NCBI GenBank assembly: GCA_028534125.1
Contig: CM052816.1
Coordinates: 34,784,001 to 34,848,000 of the forward strand
Length of the DNA: 64,000 bases
Direction: 5' to 3'
Source of the DNA: Lama glama
Taxonomy: Eukaryota
The translations under genes were made by a program, and so were the position numbers. Positions 54,901 to 64,000 of this stretch are shown in pieces (within the stretch, counting starts at the first letter, position 1; every line of letters begins with the position of its first letter). Below the pieces are notes generated by a model. The model ran no database searches, was not told the DNA's origin, and saw nothing but the letters and a program-made list of their open reading frames with translations.

Positions 54901-55698
54901 TTCATTGATTTCTGCGCTTTACTATTTCTTCTTGTGTGTGTTTTTTTAGGTGTAAGCTTAGGCTTTTGATTTGAAACCTTCCTTCTCCTTCTAAGCACTG
55001 CTTTAGGTGGTCCCACAAATTTTATGTTGATTTTTTTCTGAGTTCTTACGTGACTTTCACTTTGACCCATGGATTATTTAGAAGTATATTTTTAAATTTG
55101 CAATATTTGGTGATGTTGCCTATTTCTGTAACATATCTGTGCTTTATTTTGTTAAAGACAGATAATATACTTTGTGTAATTTTGTTTGAATTCCTTGAAA
55201 TTTTATGAGTCAGAATATGGTCAGTATTGGTAAATGTTCTATGTGCAATTCAAAATAATGTATGTTATGCTGCTGTGGAGTAGAATATTTTATAAATTCT
55301 GTATTACATATTAAATACTAAATTATACTTCTATATTAAGTATTCTGTAATTGTCAGGTCAGGTTGATTGATGATGCTTGTTAGACTTTCTTTTTCCTTA
55401 CTGAGATTTTGTCTACTTGTTTTGTTGGTCACTGTGAGAAAAGTTGAAGTCTCCAAGTATAATTGTGGATTTGTCTGTTTCTCCTTTTTGTTTTAGCAAT
55501 TTTTGCTTCTGTGTTTTGAGCCTCCGTTGTTAGGTGTGTATATGTTTGGGACTGTTGTGTCTTCTTGGTGAATTGACCTCCATTATTGTTATATAATAGC
55601 CTTTATCTCTGATAATATTTCTTTTTCTGCAGTCTGCTTTATCTGATATTAATACTACTGCTTTCTCTTTCTTTTGGTTAGTGTTTACATGATATTTA
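51915..55698 (-). mobile_element. Old L1M, EN domain through 3' UTR, antisense to PJA2
   Basis: Continuous T-rich degenerate L1. ORF 55530..55772(-) has an EN remnant (NTNQKKEKAVVLISDK). Confidence 0.85.
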
Positions 55699-56428
55699 AA
55701 AAAACACTTTAAAGGCACGCATAATATGAAAATAAAAAGATTGAATAAATATTGTTTACAAAAACTTACCAAGAGAATGCTAATGTGCCTATATTGTTGT
55801 TGTATGAAATAGACTTAAGGCCAGAAGTATTATAAGAGATCAAGGGGAAAATGTCATAATAAGTAGGTCAATTCATCCAGAAGACATAATCCTAAGTGTG
55901 TGTTTACCTCAAAATATAGGTTCTGAATACAGAAATTAATACAATTAATAGGAAATGTAGACATGCATTCATAGTTGGAGATTTTAAACATACATTTACA
56001 AGAACAGTTATATAAAAATGTCAGAAAGGAATAGAAAACTTGAATGATGTGATTAATCATCTTGACCTAATTGACATTTATAGAACATTTTATCTGACTG
56101 AAGATTGTACTTTTTTTTTAGGTGCACATGGAACATTTGCCAAAATATTCTGATCCTTAAAGAAGTATCATCAAATTTCACAGGATTGAAATTAGGCAGT
56201 GCATGTTTTCTGACCACTGTAGAATTAATTACAAGTTAGTAACAGAAAAATGCCTAGAAAGGCTCCAAGTGTTTGAAAATTAATAAAGACATTTCTAAAT
56301 AGTCCATGAATCAAACTGAAGTCATGATGGAAATTAGAAAACGTTTTGATCTGAAAAACAACAAAAGTATTACATCCAAACTTGAGTGTAACCAAAGCAG
56401 TGCTTTGAGAGAACTTTATTGCTTTCAA

Positions 56429-56755
56429 CAGGCAAACTTTGTTTTATTGTGCTTTGTTTTATTGTGCTTCGCAAATAATGTTTTTTTACAAACTGAGATT
56501 TGTGGGAACCCTGAAATTAGCAAGTTTATTGGTGCCATTTTTCCAACAGCCTTTGCTCACTGATGGTTAGCATTTTTTGGCAATAAAATATGTTTCTATT
56601 AGGGTATGCCCATTGTGTTTTTAGGCACAATACTATTATTGCATCCTTAATAGACTATAGTATATCAAAAGCATTTTATATACATTTTGGAAACAAAAGT
56701 TTTCAGACTTGCTTTTTTGTACTATTCACTTTATTATGGTGGTTTGAAATCAACT
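56429..56755 (+). mobile_element. Internally deleted Tigger1-like DNA transposon
   Basis: caggcaaactttgttttattgtgc...gcaagtttattggtgccatttttccaacagc joined to the Tigger1 right end (ttaatagactatagtat...ctttattatggtggtttg). Confidence 0.8.
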
Positions 56756-57780
56756 TTATATTACTATACTTGATAACTTGAATGAAAAGTCATAATCCTT
56801 GAAAAACACAGTTTATCAAAACTGACATGTGAAGAAATGGAAACTCTTAAGTTGTCCATTAATGTATTAAACAAGTTGAATTTATCAAAAACTTTTCCAC
56901 AAAGAAAAACCCAGGCTCAGATGGCTTCACTGGTAAAGCTCTCAAACATTTAAGTAAGATATAATGCTAATTTTACACAGACACTTCTGAGAATTAAAAA
57001 AGAAAACATATCCCAGAACATTTTATCATTTTAGCATTTATCTTGGTAGGAAATCCTGACAAGAATGTCACAAAAAATAGAAAATTATAGGCCAATATTT
57101 CACATGAATGTAGATATAAAAATAATCCAGTGATATGTAAAAAAGGTATCACAGATTTTTTCCTTGGAATACAAGGTTGGTTTCATGTTTTACAATTGAT
57201 CAATGTAGTCTGTCTCTTCAACAGAACAATGTAGACAAATTGTAGGATCATCTCTGTAAATAGTGATGAAACTCAGTATCTGTTGTGCTAAGAATCCTCA
57301 AACTAGAAATAGAAGGAAACATCTTTAATTTTATAAACATTATCGACTAAAAATCTATAGCTAACATCATACTCAATGAAAAACTTGTTTCATGTTCAAC
57401 ATCATTCTCTTTAGTCAGTGTTTTACTCGAATTCTAACCAGTGCCTTAGATAAATAAGATTAATTTTAAAAATCGGAAAGAAAAAAGTTTCAGAAAATAT
57501 GTATACCAGCAAAGTTTTAGAGTAAGTGAATTTAGCAAGATAACTGGATACAAGGACAATATGCAGAAATTTATTTTAAGTTGTATATTAGCAACCAAAA
57601 AATATAAAATAAAATTAGAAAATTACATTTAGATTAGCATCAAAATATGTAAAATAACCAATAATAAATCTAGTAAAAACTTGGGCAAAACTTCTAGTTG
57701 AAAATTATAAAACAGTGCTGAGGGACATTTTAAAATACTTAAGTGGAAATATACTCCATCTTTATGTGGTAGGAAAGTCA

Positions 57781-58220
57781 ATTTTTTCAACATTTTTTTA
57801 TTGAGTTATAGTCATTTTACAATGTTGTGTCAAATCCCAGTGTAGAGCACAATTTTTTACTTATACATGAACATACGTATATTCATTGTTACATTTTTTT
57901 TCTGTGAGCTACCACAAGATCTTGTATATATTTCCCTGTGCTGTACAGTATAATCTTGTTTATCTGTTCTACATTTTGAAATCCCAGTCTATCCCTTCCC
58001 ACCCCCACCCCCTTGGCAACCACAAGTTTGTATTCTATGTCCATGAGTCTGTTTCTGTTTTGTATTTATGTTTTGTGTTTTTTTTTTAGATTCCACATAT
58101 GAGTGTTCTCATATGGTATTTTTCTTTCTCTTTCTGGCTTCACTTAGAATGACATTCTCCAGGAACATCCATGTTGACGCAAATGGCGTTATGTTGTCGG
58201 TTTTTATGGCTGAATAGTGT
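57781..58220 (-). mobile_element. Young camelid-type L1 3' end
   Basis: Reverse-complement match to 30340-30780, with TSD GGAAAGTCA (57772-57780, 58221-58229). Retains CpGs. Confidence 0.9.
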
Positions 58221-58231
58221 GGAAAGTCAGT

Positions 58232-58412
58232 AATTTTTATTGAAGTATAGCTGATTTATAATGTCAACTGATACTTTAATATATTGCTGATGGGAATGTA
58301 AGTTGTTTCAGCATAGATGATATATATATGTATGTATGTATACACACATGTATTCCTTTTCATATTCTTTTTCATTATAGACCATTACAAGGTTTTGAGT
58401 ATAGTTCCCTAT
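58232..58412 (-). mobile_element. Short L1 3'-end fragment carrying a templated insertion
   Basis: ttttattgaagtatagctgatttataatgt...cagcatag...atagttccct. Confidence 0.8.
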
Positions 58413-58721
58413 GTCAATGTTGTTAAAATACCAATTTCCTCCAAGTTGAGCTATAGGTTCAATACAATGTCAGTAAAAATCCTAGAATTTTAAAAGTTTG
58501 ATCAAATGATTCCAAAATTTATATCAAAATGTAAATGTCTCAACACTTGTTATAAAGTTACAGTAATTAAGACAATGTATTAGAAAGCAAGATAGACAAA
58601 AAGACCGATGGAGGAATATGAGTGTCTAGAAATAGGTCTTCACAAGTGTAGTTTCTTGGCTAATGACAAAATTTCCATTGAAGTTAACAAGAAAAAACAT
58701 TTATTGTTAATAAGTTGTATT

Positions 58722-58905
58722 AAAACAACAGGTTTATACTGTATAGCACAGGGAGCTATATTCAGTACCTTATAGTAACCTATAATGAAAAAGAATATGA
58801 AAAGCAATATATGTATGTGTATCTATGACTGAAACATTATACTGTACACCAGAAACTGACACAATGTTGTAAGTTGATTGTACTTCAATTTAAAAAATGG
58901 AAAAA
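58722..58905 (+). mobile_element. Short L1 3'-end fragment
   Basis: actgtatagcacaggga...tgtacaccagaaactgacacaa...acttcaatttaaaaaa. Confidence 0.85.
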
Positions 58906-61900
58906 AATGTGTTAGGTAAATTGGATATTGGATATTTGGGAAAAAATGAACCTTGATTTTTTACCTGATACTATATTCAAAAGTTCACATGAGTTGGATC
59001 ATAGATCTCAATGTGTAAAAGCTAATATTAATCAAGTTTCTAGAAGAAAACCTAAGAGAATATCTTCATCACCCTGGGATAGGTATAAATTTCTTAAATA
59101 GAACATAAAATTGATAGACTACAATAAATTACAAATTTCTATTCATGAAGACATTATTAAAGAGAAAAGGCAAGCCACAGACTGCAAGAATTTACTCACA
59201 CTAAGTAAATCTGGCAGAAAATACAAGTAACTTTTACAAATCAAAAAGAAAAAGGTAAACAACACAATTTTTTAAATATGCATAAAAGCAGACAGGCTCT
59301 TTATAAAAAAAAAGTCCAAAAGGCCAATATGCCTAGGTAAAGGTGCTCTACATTATTACTCATCGGGGAAATGTCACAATGAGGTACCATCATATCCCTA
59401 CCAGAATGGCTGAAATTAGAGGATGACAGTATCTAGTGTTATCAAGGATATGAAACAATATCAAGTGTTGCCAAGGATGTGAAACAACTGATACTTTAAT
59501 ATATTGCTGATGGGAATGTAAGTTGTTTCACTTTTCGAAACTGTCAGTATCTGTTACAGCTAATAAACATGGCTCTATACCGTGTCCCAGTAATTCTAGG
59601 TTATATACAACCAAGAAAGGTAAAAAAAAAAAAAGTATTTTTATAACAATAAGAATGAATCCGAAAACATTGTATTGAGCAAAAGTAGATACAAAATAAT
59701 TAGTGATGTATGACGAAGTTTAAAATAGGAAAAACTAAACTAGGGTAATGGAAGTCAACAGAGTGGTTGCCTTTGGGTTGAGAGGAGTCAGTGACTTGTA
59801 AGGGCAAGAGAGAACCCTCTAAAGTGATGGTATATGTTTTGTATCTTGATCTACATAAAATTCATTGAATTATAATGTGTGCTTAAGAGTTTTATACTTT
59901 ATTTTGTGTAAACAGTTCTTCAACAAATGATTTCAGAGACAAGGAGAATAATTTAAAAGTTTTCATCATGAAAATTTCCAAACAAATTTCTGTAGAGTAC
60001 AAGGAACCTCCATGTACGTACCATCTTGCTTCAGCATTTTGCCAGGCTTCTTGTTTCTGTTTTTCCCTAACCCGACACATACATGTTCCCCCCTCTCCCT
60101 TTTGTTTTGGTAGTAGCATACATCTAAGTGTCTGTCACAGATACATTAATTTATTCTGAACACATTCTCTGATTCTTATCATCAAATGAAATTTGCTACC
60201 TTTTGGCATGTAGAACATTGAATTTTCTGTGTATTTCTTGTAAACCTTTTTTTTTTCTTTTCTTGGCTCATTGACATGAAAATAAATCTCTGCAACTTTT
60301 AAATTTTGAGCTAATTTGACTTCTGTATCTCAAAGGAGGGTGGGTTGAGCAGAGTTTTTTATTTGTGACACATCTGAATTAGAGATCTTCCTATTTAAAT
60401 AAGAGGTAAATTTGAGGAATGTTCTTCATCTTGCTTTTTAATGGATTAATATTTTATTCTTTCATCTCAGTTTTTCTTTAACTTCTCCTCACTCTTTTCC
60501 CCGCTTAGTCAGTTATGCTCCCAGTAAACCACAGAAAATCTTTATTGTTCTAGTGTATTGGGTGTGGGATATATGCTCATTCAATTCTTCACAGATTTCT
60601 GTTGATAGTCTTAAAAAAGTATTTTGTAACACCTTTTTTTAAAAAACAGAATCTGAAGTTTATAATAATCACTCAGTGAGATAGAGGCTTTATCAGAACA
60701 GAATTTGAAAATATAGGCTTTTATCTACTTAAATATAAAATTTTTGAATTATGTTTCTGATTACGTATATTTTATGTTTGAGTTAGGCTTTGTAATGTAA
60801 TTTTCACTTTACCAATGCCAAGTTTGTTGCTCCTCTTTCACAATAGTTTACATAAAAGTTTTTAGAGAAGAGTAGTAATTAATTACGTTTAGCCCTCTCT
60901 CAGGTTACCTCTTGCTACCAGGGATACTAAACCCATTTCATCTCAAAAGTTTAACAGTTGAACCTTACAGGTTGCTACACAAGAAAACTTCCAAGCCATG
61001 ACTAGCAGACTCTGCAAATAGACAACTATAGAAATGATAAGAATTTCAAATTTTTTATAATTTTGATATTCTTTTACCCTTTAGCTATTGCTAACAATCT
61101 GACCTGATTCACCTATATTAGAGGATCACAACCTATTGCTGAATTTATAATTTATATGGGAGAATGTGTTTGTGTACTTTTATTTGTGTTAATATATAGC
61201 TAGACGTGGCTAGATGGATAACGTATATAGTTAAACTTATTTGCAAAACTGTCATCTTCTAACACATTTGAGTTGGTGGTAGACAGTTAGCAATAGCTCG
61301 TGTTTAAATAAGGTGCTTAAATAAAAAAACTAAGCTTTTGCCAAACTTTAAAAAAAGCACAGGTTGCAGCTTTTAAAATAGTAAATAAATGGATTAATTT
61401 CAAAACAGGTGAAAGTCTTTTTATGTTACATGGTAAATTTTAGTTTTTAAAATTTAGAATAGGTTGTTGGGTTTAAAATATCTGAATGATCAAGAATTAG
61501 TATATCATCTTTAAAACACATTAATTATTAATTGTGGTGAACCATTATACATTTTTTAAATGAAGCTTATGTTCTTAGGGTTCACTTCTTTTAATGATGC
61601 CAGGGCTAAAATAACTATAGTGCTTGATGGAGAAGCAAAGATAGCATAATATGTAGTAGACTTCCAGTTGGTCACATACTCTAGTCAACACTTCTCCCAA
61701 TATAGTTGCTCATTTCCTCATAAATTATATGTGTATTGTTATCCTGAATCTTCAGGATGGTATATACATAAGGCAGGGTTTTTCAAGAGGAGATGTAAAT
61801 CTGTTTTCAAGCAGCCGTCTTGATAGTTTTGAGGTTTTTTTGACTGTCTTGTCCAATTCTACTGTATTTTTCATCATTATTATGGGCTAGAAAAGAGCTT

Positions 61901-61983
61901 AATTAGGAGAAGTATTAGTTTTGCCATTTTTGTGTTGTGCTTGTATTATTAATACATTTTTTTAATCCATGGTTTCTTTGTAG

Positions 61984-62070
61984 GAATCTTCTGCAGCTTA
62001 TCCATTTTGTGGGTAAAAACTAAATCACATCCATAATTCCACTGTACTGGGCACACAGACACTGCCATTT
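61984..62070 (+). other. PJA2: PJA2 exon 2, 5' UTR portion (87 nt)
   Basis: Pyrimidine-rich acceptor ggtttctttgtag|GAATC at 61983/61984. No upstream ATG in this segment. Confidence 0.85.
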
Positions 62071-62101
62071 ATGTCACAGTATACTGAAAAAGAGCCAGCA
62101 G
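62071..62101 (+). CDS. PJA2: PJA2 first coding segment (3' part of exon 2): MSQYTEKEPA + phase-1 G
   Basis: ATG TCA CAG TAT ACT GAA AAA GAG CCA GCA G|gtaagc matches the praja-2 N-terminus I recall (MSQYTEKEPAAMDQES). There is an in-frame upstream TAA at 62014-62016. It splices in phase to exon 3 (G+CA = Ala). Confidence 0.95.
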
Positions 62102-63196
62102 GTAAGCAAGGAGTCTCTGTCAGTTCCTCCACATTGAGGACTTTGTATTTCCCTCCAGAGTCCTTTAGTACCATAGGTGACACACGATCATGGTCTTACT
62201 TAGAGCCAGTTTCGATCTATATATTGAATATGTATAAAGCTTGATTTCTAATTTTTGATTAAAAATTGAGTTTAAGAAAAAATTCTTTTATTTTCTTTCT
62301 ACACTCCTTTGATATCTATTGTGCTTTGCACTTTGGAAGCTCCTTTTTGGAGGTGTTGCTAAGGGTACTCGTTCTAGAGTCAACATTGGGTTACTGGACA
62401 AGATCTTAAGTAATTAATCTTAATCCTAATTTTTTGATCTTTAGAACAAAATAACAGTATCTACCTCATAAGGTTTGTTAGGGGATGAAGTAACATAATG
62501 CAACACTTGGTATTATATGTTATGAATACATGTTTGTTTTCTTTGTGCTTAGAGGCAATTATATTTCTTATTTTAATGCCGTAAAGCAAAAACTAAGTAA
62601 CTGTTTCATTTATTGACTATTCTATATACTGTGAGAATGTATTCTGTTTAGTGCCTGTACGATATATGTAAAATCCAACTGACTAAGCACATTTATACTA
62701 TGTGTGTGAGATAATGTTCTACTTAGTAAAAGACACTTCTGTTTGCTACTGTATATCACTCAGGCATCAGAACTTAGTATTCAAGTTGTACACATGTTGG
62801 TGGCTTTTCTTACCATATGTATACCATTGGTAGTATTTAAAGGTGTTGAAGCATATGTTTGACTTGGCTCATCAGTATTTTCTTTTGGTGAATTTTACCA
62901 GACCCTAATCTTTGGGATATATTTTATTTGGTCCAGTTCATTTTTTATGATAGTACAGATACCATTTAAAGAAATTACTTGTTACCTGTGACAGGAATGT
63001 ATTCACTTTTATATCATATCGTGTGCGAGGAATTCATTCAACAAATATGTATTGAGCACTTGTACATAAGGTACTTAGGTAATTTGGAGGATCATTCTCC
63101 AATCCTTGAGGAGCTTTTGCAGTTTAGTAACTTGGCACATGGAAAAAAATTTTGGTAGGTATACGAATCTGAAATACCTTGAAAGAACCAAACTTT

Positions 63197-63396
63197 TCTT
63201 TTTTTTAATTGAAATATAATCAGTTTACAATGTTGTCAATTTCTGGTGTACAGCATAATGCCTCAGTCATACATATACAAACATATATCCATTTTCATAT
63301 TCTTTTTCATTATAGATTACTACAAGATATTGAGTATAGTTCCCTGTGCCATACAAAAGAAACTTATTTATCTATTTCACATATACTAGCTAATAG
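63197..63396 (-). mobile_element. 200-bp L1 3' end with a 12-bp TSD in PJA2 intron 2
   Basis: TSD GAACCAAACTTT at 63185-63196 and 63397-63408. Confidence 0.9.
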
Positions 63397-63603
63397 GAAC
63401 CAAACTTTAAATGGTGTTTTAGGGGGTAAAGAGGTAACAGTCATAACATAGTATTTCATGTTTATTTTTATGGTGCAAGTAAGGTGCACTTGATGTTCAG
63501 TAGCATATGATTTGGCGAATAGTAACATATATATTGAAACTTTACCCCAGATGTCAGAATAAAGGTCATTGCTGTGCCTCTTATTTTTAACTCTGTTTCT
63601 CAG

Positions 63604-63804
63604 CAATGGATCAAGAATCCAGCAAGGCTGCCTGGCCCAAACCAGCAGGAGGATATCAGACAATCACAGGCAGGAGATACGGCAGAAGACATGCATATGT
63701 CAGTTTTAAACCATGTATGACTAGGCATGAAAGAAGCTTAGGTCGGGCTGGTGATGACTATGAAGTGTTGGAACTAGATGATGTTCCAAAAGAAAATTCC
63801 TCAG
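63604..63804 (+). CDS. PJA2: PJA2 exon 3 (201 nt): (A)[66 protein letters not shown](G)
   Basis: Acceptor ttaactctgtttctcag|CA and donor TCAG|gtatgc. The translation (ORF 63606..63827) is recognisably E3 ubiquitin ligase praja-2, including the [13 protein letters not shown] motif shared with PJA1. Confidence 0.97.
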
Positions 63805-64000
63805 GTATGCAGCACAGAATTATTTAAAAGCTATTAATAAGCATGTAAGAATTGATCTTATAATACTTGAAATAGTGAGTTGGTTTTATGTGTATCTGTG
63901 AGTATAAATGCTGTATATTTTCTATCAAGTAATTCTGTTTTTAAATTTTTATTGAATTTGATGTTAATAGTATGTACATTGAAACATGAAAGAAAGTACA

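Larger units (their letters stand above)
55699..59900 (+). mobile_element. Old L1M, EN domain through 3' UTR, sense to PJA2, with nested insertions
   Basis: A-rich degenerate L1 (cttgacctaattgacatttatagaaca; ccaggctcagatggcttcactggt). Confidence 0.85.

Noticed and set aside
63805..63827. C-terminal MQHRII* of ORF 63606..63827
   Set aside because: Read-through into intron 3 past the gtatgc donor, not a short protein
1..64000. CRISPR-like arrays, operons or a novel multi-gene system
   Set aside because: The sequence is eukaryotic and repeat-dominated. I found no regularly spaced repeat-spacer array and no second credible protein-coding gene.

Overview
Mammalian genomic DNA, most likely camelid (alpaca/llama/camel). 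That assignment rests on recurring camelid-type L1 3' ends and a Vic-1-like tRNA-SINE fragment, and is from recognition, not a search. About 1-48.7 kb is repeat-rich intergenic sequence (L1, ERV1 and MaLR LTRs, MIR, MER5A/Charlie, one 100-N gap). The rest holds the 5' end of PJA2 (praja-2 RING E3 ligase) on the + strand: a CpG-island promoter, a non-coding exon 1 (donor at 49342), a 12.6-kb L1-filled intron 1, exon 2 (61984-62101, ATG at 62071) and exon 3 (63604-63804). The gene continues beyond the window. I found no convincing new biological system. The most notable observations are a weak first ATG versus a strong second ATG in PJA2, a dense bZIP/E2F/NF-Y promoter cluster with a second potential first-exon donor, and several clear DNA-repair or retrotransposition footprints: a 46-bp templated insertion, a probable L1 3' transduction, two poly(A)-only insertions with TSDs, and a fold-back insertion. 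Repeat family names and boundaries without TSDs are by eye and approximate.
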